DNA from: Bacteroidaceae bacterium
Lineage (GTDB): Bacteria; Bacteroidota; Bacteroidia; Bacteroidales; Bacteroidaceae
Length of the DNA: 64,000 nt
NCBI GenBank assembly: GCA_017453445.1
Contig: JAFTEX010000104.1
Location: 1,174-65,173, forward strand
Direction: 5' to 3'
Part shown: one piece after another, positions 7,033 to 15,317 of the stretch
Layout of the letters: each line of letters begins with the position of its first letter
Position numbering within the stretch: the first letter of the stretch is position 1
Made by a program: the position numbers and the translations under genes
The notes under the pieces: model-generated
Database searches by the model: none
What the model was told of the DNA's origin: nothing
The model's input: only the letters and a program-made list of their open reading frames with translations

Positions 7033-8009
7033 TCGTCTGTGATTACGCGTAACTTGTCGCCCGAGAGGTCGACGGGGAAGAAGTGGGGCGTGCGGACGTA
7101 ACGGCCCCGGGTGTCCTCCCGATGGCTGTGGACGGACATCATCCAGCGGCCGTCGAGCGTGCGGAAGAGCATCGAGTGACCATAGTTCGGCGGCGTGACG
7201 GGGTCGGGCTCCTGAATCCAGGGGCCGTCGAGCGTTCCGCTTTCCGAGTAGGCCACGCCCTGCGTGTAGTCCTTATAGACCCACGACGTCCAGAGCATTC
7301 CCAGCCGCCCGGTGCCGGTGCGGAACAACCAGGGGCCGTCGGTAACCTTGTTGAACTTGACCTCTCCGTCCTCCACCTCGCGGCTCCAGGGCGAATCGCT
7401 GGCACGGAAGAGTACCTTCGGCTCCCCCACCGTGCCACTCAGGTCGGGCTTCAGCTCTATCTTTTCCATTGTTCCGTTCCAGTTGGCCAACCATTCGCCG
7501 CAGAAGACCATATAGGGCCGACCGTCCGTATCGACCCAGAACGTGCCGTCCAGTGTCGGACGGTCGGCTGGCAGATAGGCTGCATCGCCAAACTGGCGGT
7601 AAGGTCCGGCGGCACTGTCGGCCACGAGCACCTGCGAGGCCCTGCGCTCTATCTTCCGTCCGCGATACTCGCAGGAGACGGCCTGGCGGTTGGTGAACGT
7701 GGCAAAGTAGTAATACTTGCCCCGGTACTGATGCAACTCTGCCGCCCAAATCATCGGCCTCGGCCCCATCCATCCCTCAGGGTTGGTCTCCGCCACGCGA
7801 TAGGGGCCGTCCCACAGCTTCAGGTCGCGGCTCTTCCACAACAGGCCACCCGTGCCCGTCATGTAATACATTTGCGTGGCCGAGTCGGCCAGCACGGCTG
7901 GGTCGGAAAGGCGGATGCTGTCGGTTGGAACATTGTGACGCACCCCTGTCTGCCTTTGCGCAAAGGCCAGCAAGGGCAATAGGCTGAGCAGAAAGAATAA
8001 TCGTTTCAT
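7029..8009 (-). CDS. Glycoside hydrolase family 43 protein, secreted
   Basis: 326-aa ORF with signal peptide MKRLFFLLSLLPLLAFAQ. GH43 propeller-like blocks are LSDPAVL, MIWAAELHQYRGKYYYFATF, DGTFWVDTDGRPYMVF and TDGPWLF. Confidence 0.85.
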   Translation of the reverse strand: MKRLFFLLSLLPLLAFAQRQTGVRHNVPTDSIRLSDPAVLADSATQMYYMTGTGGLLWKSRDLKLWDGPYRVAETNPEGWMGPRPMIWAAELHQYRGKYYYFATFTNRQAVSCEYRGRKIERRASQVLVADSAAGPYRQFGDAAYLPADRPTLDGTFWVDTDGRPYMVFCGEWLANWNGTMEKIELKPDLSGTVGEPKVLFRASDSPWSREVEDGEVKFNKVTDGPWLFRTGTGRLGMLWTSWVYKDYTQGVAYSESGTLDGPWIQEPDPVTPPNYGHSMLFRTLDGRWMMSVHSHREDTRGRYVRTPHFFPVDLSGDKLRVITDE

Positions 8010-8012
8010 GGT

Positions 8013-8192
8013 TCACCAGAATTTATTGTCCCGAAGGCTATATTCGAAACCTACTTCCGCGAGGCGCCGCTCCAGTTCGGCACGGTCTATGCCGAGGTCG
8101 TCGCAGAGTTCATCAAGTGTGTTGTAGCGGTCACGAAGTTTCATGTTCACGGCCGAGTAGAGCATCATGGGGTCTTGGGGCAGTTCGTTCAT
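8013..8192 (-). CDS. DUF4250 domain protein (59 aa; below the ORF-track cutoff)
   Basis: Hand translation gives MNELPQDPMMLYSAVNMKLRDRYNTLDELCDDLGIDRAELERRLAEVGFEYSLRDNKFW. This is the typical DUF4250 pattern (PxDPMMLxSxVNxxLRD...LxELCDDL). Confidence 0.75.
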   Translation of the reverse strand: MNELPQDPMMLYSAVNMKLRDRYNTLDELCDDLGIDRAELERRLAEVGFEYSLRDNKFW

Positions 8193-8219
8193 ACGAATGT
8201 CAGTCTTTTTTTGAGGGGA

Positions 8220-9425
8220 TTACTGCCTGCTCACCAACTCCGGGAGTTCGATTTTCTGTCCCACGCAGATATGGCTGGGGTCGCGCAGACGATTCATCTT
8301 GATGATGTAACTAATCATGCGCTTGTTGCCATAATGCTCAAGGGCAAGCTTCGACAGGTCGTCGCCCTTCTCAATGATGTGAGTGGCCTTAATGCCCACA
8401 ATCCAGAACTCGCCGTTTTTCACCTGCGGATACTGGGCTGCCCTTTCTTCCACACTCTGTGCAGACACGGGTTGCGACTCGGGAACCTGCGTTTCTGCCG
8501 CTTGAGTTGCATTGGCCACGGGAGACTTTGCCTCAGCCATCAGCGTGTCGTTCTTCAGCGTGTCAGTTTCTTCATGCGCGGAAACGTCTGCCTTCGTCGT
8601 GGTTGTTGCCGGTGCCACTTCTTCTTTCTGATTGAGAACAGGCGTCTTCCGCCCAAGGATAAATCCGCCCAACAAGAGCAGGACTGCCAGGACGAATAAG
8701 AAGAAATAGAACAGCCAGCCCCTGCCGGACTTCGGTTCTTTCGATACAGAGGATGAAACTATTTTTTCAGAAACTGGCACTTCTGCTATCGGTGTCTCCT
8801 CTACGGGTGCTTCCTCCACCACGGGAGTTTCTTCTACCACAGGAGTTTCCTCTACCACAGGAGTTTCCTCTACCACAGGAGTTTCCTCCACCACGGGAGT
8901 CTCTTCAACCACGGGAGTCTCTTCAACCGCTGGAGTCTCTTCAACCGCTGGAGTCTCTCCCACCACGGGAGTCTCTTCAACCGCTGGAGTCTCTCCCACC
9001 ACGGGAGTCTCTTCAACCGCTGGAGTCTCTTCAACCGCTGGAGTTTCCTCTACAGGAACCTCTATTACGGGGTCTATGCGCTCCATGTCTTCCGTGCGAG
9101 TTCCGTCGTTCAGAACCACCGTCTCAAAGTCGGCGAAGGGTTTGTTCACACGGTCGCTCAGCGTCTTTTCGGGGGAGAAGGTGACCTTTCCGTGGCTGCT
9201 GATGACGATGCGCTCGCCCGTATTGACATTCACACTCTCACGGCTGTCCACGGTCACCACCTTAAATGTGCCCACCCCCTTCACCTTCACTTGTTGCTCG
9301 GTCGTCAGGGCATCCACAATCAGTTCAAACACCGTACGCACAAAAAGGTCGGCCTCCTTCTTGCCAATCTCTTTCCGGCGAATCAACCCCTCGGCCAAAT
9401 CTGGGAGATAAACTTTCTTTTCCAT
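8220..9425 (-). CDS. HU-like DNA-binding domain / ETPxVE repeat linker / TM helix / LysM domain fusion protein
   Basis: The N-terminal ~100 aa are HU/IHF-like (VKVKGVGTFKVVTVDSRESVNVNTGERIVISSHGKVTFSP). Then come 13 clean ETP[AV]V[EG] hexapeptides and the TM segment WLFYFFLFVLAVLLLLGGFILG. The C-terminus is LysM-like (HIIEKGDDLSKLALEHYGNKRMISYIIKMNRLRDPSHICVGQKIELP). Confidence 0.85.
   Translation of the reverse strand: MEKKVYLPDLAEGLIRRKEIGKKEADLFVRTVFELIVDALTTEQQVKVKGVGTFKVVTVDSRESVNVNTGERIVISSHGKVTFSPEKTLSDRVNKPFADFETVVLNDGTRTEDMERIDPVIEVPVEETPAVEETPAVEETPVVGETPAVEETPVVGETPAVEETPAVEETPVVEETPVVEETPVVEETPVVEETPVVEETPVVEEAPVEETPIAEVPVSEKIVSSSVSKEPKSGRGWLFYFFLFVLAVLLLLGGFILGRKTPVLNQKEEVAPATTTTKADVSAHEETDTLKNDTLMAEAKSPVANATQAAETQVPESQPVSAQSVEERAAQYPQVKNGEFWIVGIKATHIIEKGDDLSKLALEHYGNKRMISYIIKMNRLRDPSHICVGQKIELPELVSRQ
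8814..9047. repeat. 13 tandem 18-bp coding repeats (ETP[AV]V[EG]) with 36-bp higher-order units
   Basis: Near-identical 18-mers are visible on the plus strand (ctcttcaaccgctggagt / ctctcccaccacgggagt / ttcctctaccacaggagt). Degenerate copies flank the block. Confidence 0.9.
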
Positions 9426-9428
9426 AGC

Positions 9429-9698
9429 CTACAATTTTTCTTTGAGGGTTGCACTCGGCTTGAAGGTCAGCACCATCTTGGGCGGCACCAACATTCGCTG
9501 CTTGGTGGAGGGGTTGATTAGCACTCGCTCCAGTTTCTTTTTCACTTCGAAATTGCCGAATCCCATGACGGAGACGGTCGCTTCCTCCTCGAACTGTTCT
9601 GCCAGTTCGTTGGTCAGAGCGGCCATCAGCTCTGCGGTTTCCTTTGCAGAGAAACCTGTCCGTTTGGACAATTCATTCAAAAACTCCTTATTATTCAT
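9429..9698 (-). CDS. HU family DNA-binding protein
   Basis: 89-aa ORF: MNNKEFLNELSKRTGFSAKETAELMAALTNELAEQFEEEATVSVMGFGNFEVKKKLERVLINPSTKQRMLVPPKMVLTFKPSATLKEKL. Confidence 0.9.
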   Translation of the reverse strand: MNNKEFLNELSKRTGFSAKETAELMAALTNELAEQFEEEATVSVMGFGNFEVKKKLERVLINPSTKQRMLVPPKMVLTFKPSATLKEKL

Positions 9699-9716
9699 GA
9701 ATCAAATTTTGTTATC

Positions 9717-11066
9717 TCAATTGTTTATGACCACTCCGTAGAGGTCAAAGTCGTCTGCCTCGGTGATGCGGCAATCATAGAATTCGCCCAGCCGCAGGTC
9801 GGCATTCTTCGCGGCGTCGATGAGCACCTCGGGATCCACCTCGGGGGAGTCAAATTCCGTGCGGCCCACGAAATAATCTCCCTCGCGGCGGTCGATGATG
9901 ACGCGTAGGGTCTGCCCCACCTTCTCTGCCTGAATCTCACCCGAAATGCGCTGCTGCAGGCGCATAAGCTTGCTCAGCCGTGCCTGCTTCACCTCCTCGG
10001 GGATGTCGTCCGAGTAGGCCGAAGCACTGTAGGTGCCCATCTCCTCGCTGTAGGCAAAGGCCCCCATGCGCTCGAACCGGGCCCAGCGGACAAACTCCAG
10101 CAGTTCCTGGAAGGCTTTCTCCGTCTCTCCCGGATGGCCCACCATGAGCGTGGTACGCAGGTGGACGCCAGGCACTTCGCGGCGAAAGTCTTCGACGAAT
10201 CGGTAGGTCTCCTCCCGTGTGATGTGCCGGCGCATAGCCTTCAGCACCGGGTCGGCAATGTGTTGCAGGGCCACATCCATATACTTGCACACGTTGGGCC
10301 GCTCACGCATGACGCGGAAAAGATCGTGGGGGAAGTCCGTGGGATAGGCATAGTGCAGCCGAATCCACTCCACACCGGGTATGAGAGAAATGCGCTCCAC
10401 AAGCTGGGCAATCCTCCGCTCGTGGTAGAGGTCCAGCCCGTAGTACGTAAGTTCCTGGGCAATAATCTGGAACTCCTTCACGCCCTGACGGACCAACCCC
10501 CGCACTTCCTCCTCGATTTCCTCCATCGGACGGCTCACGTGCCGCCCCGTGATGATGGGGATGGCGCAGTACGAGCAATGGCGGTCACACCCCTCGGAAA
10601 TCTTCAGGTAGGCATAGTGGCGCGGGGTGGTGAGCCGGCGCTGAAGCCGAAGGTCCTCACGATAGGACTTTCCGAGTTCCGTGAGCAGTTCGTTCCAGTC
10701 GAACTTGCCGAAATAACGATCCACCTCGGGTATCTCCTTCTGCAGGTCCTTGAGGAACCGCTGCGAGAGGCATCCCATGACGTAGAGCCGCTTCAGCCGT
10801 CCCTCGTTCTTCCGTTGCGCCAGTTCCAGTATAGTGTTGATGCTCTCCTCTTGGGCATCGGCAATGAATCCGCAGGTGTTCACCACGGCAATCTCTCCCT
10901 GAGGCTCCTCGCTGTCGTGCGTCACGCGATAGCCAGCCGCCTCCAGTTGACAGATGAGCCGCTCCGAATCCACTAGATTCTTTGAGCAACCCAACGTGAT
11001 AACGTCAATGGAAGACTCTCCCCGCCCCTCCCTTGAAGGGAGGCAGAACTCTTGATTCCGATTCAT
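9717..11066 (-). CDS. rimO: Ribosomal protein S12 methylthiotransferase RimO
   Basis: MTTase N-terminal block ITLGCSKN...VNTCGF, radical-SAM motif CDRHCSYC, and a C-terminal TRAM-like end. The start is set at MNRNQEF (11066), because the longer ORF overlaps ftsY. Confidence 0.9.
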   Translation of the reverse strand: MNRNQEFCLPSREGRGESSIDVITLGCSKNLVDSERLICQLEAAGYRVTHDSEEPQGEIAVVNTCGFIADAQEESINTILELAQRKNEGRLKRLYVMGCLSQRFLKDLQKEIPEVDRYFGKFDWNELLTELGKSYREDLRLQRRLTTPRHYAYLKISEGCDRHCSYCAIPIITGRHVSRPMEEIEEEVRGLVRQGVKEFQIIAQELTYYGLDLYHERRIAQLVERISLIPGVEWIRLHYAYPTDFPHDLFRVMRERPNVCKYMDVALQHIADPVLKAMRRHITREETYRFVEDFRREVPGVHLRTTLMVGHPGETEKAFQELLEFVRWARFERMGAFAYSEEMGTYSASAYSDDIPEEVKQARLSKLMRLQQRISGEIQAEKVGQTLRVIIDRREGDYFVGRTEFDSPEVDPEVLIDAAKNADLRLGEFYDCRITEADDFDLYGVVINN

Positions 11067-11079
11067 GGTTGGGAGTTTC

Positions 11080-12042
11080 TTATTTGAACAGGCTATTGAC
11101 AAAGTCCACACGATTGAAGGGCTGAAGGTCCTCCATGCCCTCGCCGAGTCCGATGTAGCGGACGGGAATCTTGAACTGGTCGCTGATGCCGATGACCACG
11201 CCTCCCTTGGCCGTACCGTCCAATTTCGTGATGGCCATCGAGGTGACATCGGTGGCAGCGGTGAACTGCTTGGCCTGCTCGAAGGCATTCTGCCCCGTAC
11301 TTCCGTCCAAGACCAGCATCACGTCGTGGGGTGCATCTGGCACGACCTTTTGCATCACACGCTTTATCTTCGACAGTTCGTCCATCAGCCCCTTCTTGTT
11401 GTGCAGGCGGCCTGCGGTGTCGATGAGCACCACGTCGGCTCCCTGAGCCACCGCACTCTGCACCGTGTCGAAGGCCACGCTGGCGGGGTCGCTGCCCATC
11501 TGCTGCTTGACGACGGGGACACCCGCACGCTCGCCCCAGATGACAATTTGCTCCACTGCAGCGGCACGGAATGTGTCGGCAGCACCCAGCACCACCTTCA
11601 ATCCGGCCTGCCGGAACTGATAGGCCAGTTTGCCGATGGTGGTGGTCTTGCCCACTCCGTTCACGCCCACAACCATGATGACGTAGGGCTTCTTGTCTTC
11701 GGGAATCCGGAACCCCTCCGTGTCGCTCGTATTGTTCTCGGTGAGCAACTTGGCTATTTCGTCGCGCAGGATGCCGTTCAGTTCGCCAGTGGTGACATAC
11801 TTATCGCGCTCCACGCGCTCCTCGATGCGACGAATGATGTTCAGCGTGGTCTCCACGCCCACGTCGCTCGTCACGAGCACTTCCTCCAGGTTGTCAAGCA
11901 CGTCGTCGTCCACCTTCGACTTGCCGGCAACCGCACGGGTCAGTTTGCCGAAGAAACTCTCCTTCGTCTTTTCCAGACCCTTGTCCAGCGTCTCGACTTG
12001 TTCCTCTTTACTTTTTCTAGAAAACAGATTGAAAAAACCCAT
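11080..12042 (-). CDS. ftsY: Signal recognition particle receptor FtsY
   Basis: Motifs GVNGVGKTTTIGKLA, DTAGRLHNK and ITKLDGTAKGG. The start is set at MGFFNLF (12042). Confidence 0.9.
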   Translation of the reverse strand: MGFFNLFSRKSKEEQVETLDKGLEKTKESFFGKLTRAVAGKSKVDDDVLDNLEEVLVTSDVGVETTLNIIRRIEERVERDKYVTTGELNGILRDEIAKLLTENNTSDTEGFRIPEDKKPYVIMVVGVNGVGKTTTIGKLAYQFRQAGLKVVLGAADTFRAAAVEQIVIWGERAGVPVVKQQMGSDPASVAFDTVQSAVAQGADVVLIDTAGRLHNKKGLMDELSKIKRVMQKVVPDAPHDVMLVLDGSTGQNAFEQAKQFTAATDVTSMAITKLDGTAKGGVVIGISDQFKIPVRYIGLGEGMEDLQPFNRVDFVNSLFK

Positions 12043-12059
12043 AGTACACAATTTTCCTG

Positions 12060-12067
12060 CAAATATA
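12060..12067 (-). promoter_or_regulatory. Candidate -7 box (tatatttg) for ftsY
   Basis: TAnnTTTG on the minus strand, 18 nt upstream of the ftsY start. Confidence 0.45.
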
Positions 12068-12232
12068 AACAAAATTTCCGAGATTATAAGCCTGTTCAAT
12101 GAAGAAATCATACTTTCTTTAGAGGAAAAATTTTGCAAACCGAGCGTAAGAGAAAATTAATCCGCTCATTTAAAAGCATAGCGCCCTTGGACAAACTTCA
12201 CGTTTCGTTACGGATATTCCAACTCTTTTGCG

Positions 12233-12240
12233 TATCTTTG
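12233..12240 (+). promoter_or_regulatory. Candidate -7 box (tatctttg) for nth
   Basis: TAnnTTTG 24 nt upstream of the ATG at 12264. Confidence 0.5.
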
Positions 12241-12263
12241 CCGACGAAAAACGGATTTTCTAT

Positions 12264-12902
12264 ATGAAAAAAAAGGAATTATACGACAGGGTGATAGCCT
12301 ACTTCCAGCAGGCCATGCCCGAGGCTGAGACAGAACTCCACTACGAGTCGCCCTTCCAGCTACTTGTGGCCGTCATCCTGAGTGCCCAGTGTACGGACAA
12401 ACGGGTGAACATGGTCACCCCCCGTCTCTTCGAGGACTACCCCACCGCCGAGACCATGGCACTGGCCACGCCAGAGGTTATCTACGACTATGTCCGCAGC
12501 GTTTCGTACCCCCACAGCAAGGCTAAGCACTTGGTCGAAATGTCGCGTATGTTACTATCTGACTACCAGGGAGAAGTACCCGATACGTTAGAGCAACTCA
12601 CAAAGTTGCCAGGCGTAGGCCGAAAAACCGCCAACGTCATCCAGTCCGTAGTCTTCAGCAAGGCCGCCATGGCTGTCGACACCCACGTCTTCCGTGTCTC
12701 GCATCGCATCGGTCTGGTACCCTCTCGCTGCACCACTCCATACGCCGTAGAACGGGAACTCACCAAGCACATCCCCGAGCAACTTATCCCGCGAGCCCAC
12801 CACTGGCTCATCCTCCACGGCCGCTACGTCTGCCAGTCCCGCAAGCCCAAGTGCGAAGAGTGCGGCCTCTTGGGCACATGCCAACGCAAGGGCCTGGCGT
12901 GA
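12264..12902 (+). CDS. nth: Endonuclease III
   Basis: HhH-GPD block LTKLPGVGRKTANVI...VDTHVFRV and a C-terminal 4Fe-4S cluster loop CQSRKPKCEECGLLGTC. Confidence 0.9.
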   Translation: MKKKELYDRVIAYFQQAMPEAETELHYESPFQLLVAVILSAQCTDKRVNMVTPRLFEDYPTAETMALATPEVIYDYVRSVSYPHSKAKHLVEMSRMLLSDYQGEVPDTLEQLTKLPGVGRKTANVIQSVVFSKAAMAVDTHVFRVSHRIGLVPSRCTTPYAVERELTKHIPEQLIPRAHHWLILHGRYVCQSRKPKCEECGLLGTCQRKGLA

Positions 12903-13016
12903 CAAACTTGAGGGCTGGCTCTTACATCTTACGAACTTACATTTACAAATACGCCATGCAGTCCCGACTTAGACGAGTATTGTCCCCCACAATTTGCAAA
13001 TTCCGAAAAAAAGTAT

Positions 13017-13024
13017 TATCTTTG
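13017..13024 (+). promoter_or_regulatory. Candidate -7 box (tatctttg) for pgk
   Basis: TAnnTTTG 71 nt upstream of the ATG at 13095, followed by an A/T/C-rich unstructured leader. Confidence 0.5.
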
Positions 13025-13094
13025 TGGCCGTAAATTGAGACACACAAAATCATTAAACATCCAATCAATAAATCATTAATCATTCAATCAAACT

Positions 13095-14363
13095 ATGACT
13101 ATCAAAGATTTCAACTTTGCTGGTAAGAAGGCCATCGTGCGCGTTGACTTTAACGTGCCCCTGGATGGCAATGGTAACATCACCGACGACACCCGCATCC
13201 GCGGTGCCCTCCCCACCCTGAAGCACATTTTGGCCGAGGGCGGTGCGCTCATCATCATGTCCCACATGGGCAAGCCCAAGGGCAAGGTGAATCCCAAAAT
13301 GTCACTGGGTCAGATTAAGGATGCCGTGGCCAAGGCACTGGGTGCTCCCGTACAGTTTGCCCCCGACTGCGCCAAGGCCAAGGCTCAGGCCGACGCCCTG
13401 AAGATGGGCGAAGTGCTCTTGCTGGAGAACCTCCGCTTCTATCCCGAGGAGGAGGGCAAGCCCGTGGGCATCGACAAGGAAGACCCCGCCTACGACGAGG
13501 CCAAGAAGGCCATGAAGGCCAGCCAGAAGGAGTTTGCCAAGACGCTGGCAAGCTATGCTGACTGCTACGTAATGGACGCCTTCGGTACCGCTCACCGCAA
13601 GCATGCTTCTACGGCCGTCATCGCCGACTACTTCGATGCCGACCACAAGATGCTTGGCTTCCTCATGGAGAAGGAAGTGCAGGCCGTTGACAATGTGCTC
13701 AACAACATCCAGCGCCCCTTCGTGGCCATCATGGGCGGCTCCAAGGTCAGCACCAAGATTGGCATCATCGAGAACCTGCTCGGCAAGGTCGATAAGCTCA
13801 TCCTCTGCGGTGGCATGACCTACACCTTCGCCAAGGCTCACGGCGGCGAAATCGGCGAGAGCATCGTCGAGCTCGACAAACTCGATGTGGCTCTGGGTGT
13901 AGAGGAAATGGCCAAGAAGAACGGCGTAGAACTCGTGCTCGGCACCGACTCTGTCTGCTGCACCGGTTACGACTTCTCCACTTTCAGCGTGAAGCCCGGC
14001 GCACAGATCAAGACCTTCCCCTCCAACGCCATCGAGGCAGGTTGGGACGGCCTCGACGCAGGTCCCGAGAGCCGTGAGAAGTTTGCCAAGGCCATCGAGG
14101 GTGCCAAGACCATCCTCTGGAACGGCCCCGCCGGCTGCTTCGAATGCGACGAATTCACCGCTGGCTCCCGCGCCGTAGGCGAGGCTGTGGCCAAGGCTAC
14201 TGCCGAGGGTGCCTTCTCGCTCATTGGTGGCGGCGACTCTGTAGCTTGCGTCCACAAGTTCGGTCTGGAAGACAAGGTCAGCTACATCTCAACCGGCGGC
14301 GGTGCCCTTCTCGAAGCCATCGAGGGCAAGGTGCTCCCCGGCGTGGCAGCCATCAAAGGGTAA
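13095..14363 (+). CDS. pgk: Phosphoglycerate kinase
   Basis: 422-aa ORF with N-terminal block [14 protein letters not shown]...[21 protein letters not shown] and the C-terminal STGGGALLE are also present. Confidence 0.95.
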   Translation: MTIKDFNFAGKKAIVRVDFNVPLDGNGNITDDTRIRGALPTLKHILAEGGALIIMSHMGKPKGKVNPKMSLGQIKDAVAKALGAPVQFAPDCAKAKAQADALKMGEVLLLENLRFYPEEEGKPVGIDKEDPAYDEAKKAMKASQKEFAKTLASYADCYVMDAFGTAHRKHASTAVIADYFDADHKMLGFLMEKEVQAVDNVLNNIQRPFVAIMGGSKVSTKIGIIENLLGKVDKLILCGGMTYTFAKAHGGEIGESIVELDKLDVALGVEEMAKKNGVELVLGTDSVCCTGYDFSTFSVKPGAQIKTFPSNAIEAGWDGLDAGPESREKFAKAIEGAKTILWNGPAGCFECDEFTAGSRAVGEAVAKATAEGAFSLIGGGDSVACVHKFGLEDKVSYISTGGGALLEAIEGKVLPGVAAIKG

Positions 14364-14390
14364 GCAACCTTGAGACACCTATTCTATTCA

Positions 14391-15317
14391 ATGACAGTCC
14401 TGCTCCTCCTGGCCGCGTGCCAGAAGGAGCAGGTCACCGTCTCGCCCGAAGAAGAGACAAGGCGAGATTCTCTGGCATTCCATGTGGCCGTGATGCCCGT
14501 CATGGATTGCCTCCCCATCTATTATGCCGAGCGGACCGGGCTTTTCGAGAAGGAGGGCGTGGACGTCCGGCTGCAGGAACACATGTCGCTGATGGACTGC
14601 GACACGTCGCTGCTGAGGGGGCGCGTCGAGATGGGCTACACCGACGTGCTTCGCACACTGGAGATGCAGGGCGACTCGCTCCCCCTGCGCGTCGTCATGG
14701 GAACGGACGGACGGGTGAGCCTCGTCACGGCCCGTAAGGGACGCATGCGCAGCCTCAAGCATCTGAACGAACGCATGGTGGCCCTCGACCGCCTGAGCAC
14801 GGCCGACTACTGGAGCGACGAACTGATGCTGAAGGCTGGACTGGGCCAGGCGGCCATCTACCGCCCCCAGGTCAACGACGTGCAGTTGCGCACCATGATG
14901 CTTATGGAACAACTGGTGGACGCGGCCCTGCTGCCCGAACCATACGCCACTCAGGCGGAACGCGCAGGCCACAAACGCCTGTTCGAGCCAAACGACACCG
15001 CCCCGCGCTTCAACTGCATGGTTGTCAGAAAGTCCCTGCGCACCGACAGCCTCCGTTCCATCCAGATGAAACACTTCTTTGCCGCTTACGACAAGGCCGT
15101 CAAACAACTGAACGGGAAGGCGGACCGCGAAGTCCTGCAGAGCATTCTCACCGTTGATTTCGGCTTGCCTGCCGAGGTGGCCGACTCCCTGAAGCTACCC
15201 GTATTCAAGAAGGTACACCAGACAAGAAACGGAGATGCCGACCGGGCACTCGCGTGGCTGAAAAGCCGCGAACGGAAAATCAAGCAATCGGCACGCGATT
15301 CATTGTTCCTAAAATAA
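14391..15317 (+). CDS. Lipoprotein, periplasmic substrate-binding-like (NMT1/ABC SBP type 2 fold likely)
   Basis: Lipobox MTVLLLLAAC. VAVMPVMDCLPIYYAERTGLFEKEGVDVRLQ resembles NMT1-like binding proteins. The start could also be the TTG at 14370. Confidence 0.5.
   Translation: MTVLLLLAACQKEQVTVSPEEETRRDSLAFHVAVMPVMDCLPIYYAERTGLFEKEGVDVRLQEHMSLMDCDTSLLRGRVEMGYTDVLRTLEMQGDSLPLRVVMGTDGRVSLVTARKGRMRSLKHLNERMVALDRLSTADYWSDELMLKAGLGQAAIYRPQVNDVQLRTMMLMEQLVDAALLPEPYATQAERAGHKRLFEPNDTAPRFNCMVVRKSLRTDSLRSIQMKHFFAAYDKAVKQLNGKADREVLQSILTVDFGLPAEVADSLKLPVFKKVHQTRNGDADRALAWLKSRERKIKQSARDSLFLK

Noticed and set aside
8753-9184. 143-aa plus-strand ORF (PQEFPLPQEF... repeats)
   Set aside because: It is the antisense reading of the ETPxVE 18-bp repeats of the HU-LysM gene. 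Any frame of a perfect repeat stays open.
11067-11288. 5' extensions of annotated genes in the ORF track (rimO to 11288; likewise cutC from 31557, RluA from 43292, ftsY to 12138, MFS to 37780)
   Set aside because: The extensions overlap neighbouring genes or promoter regions. They are P/S/R-rich nonsense, and conserved N-terminal blocks begin at internal ATG codons preceded by TAnnTTTG boxes.
13302-14255. 317-aa minus-strand ORF opposite pgk
   Set aside because: It is antisense to an unmistakable phosphoglycerate kinase gene and has low-complexity A/G/L/V composition. It is a GC-bias artefact.
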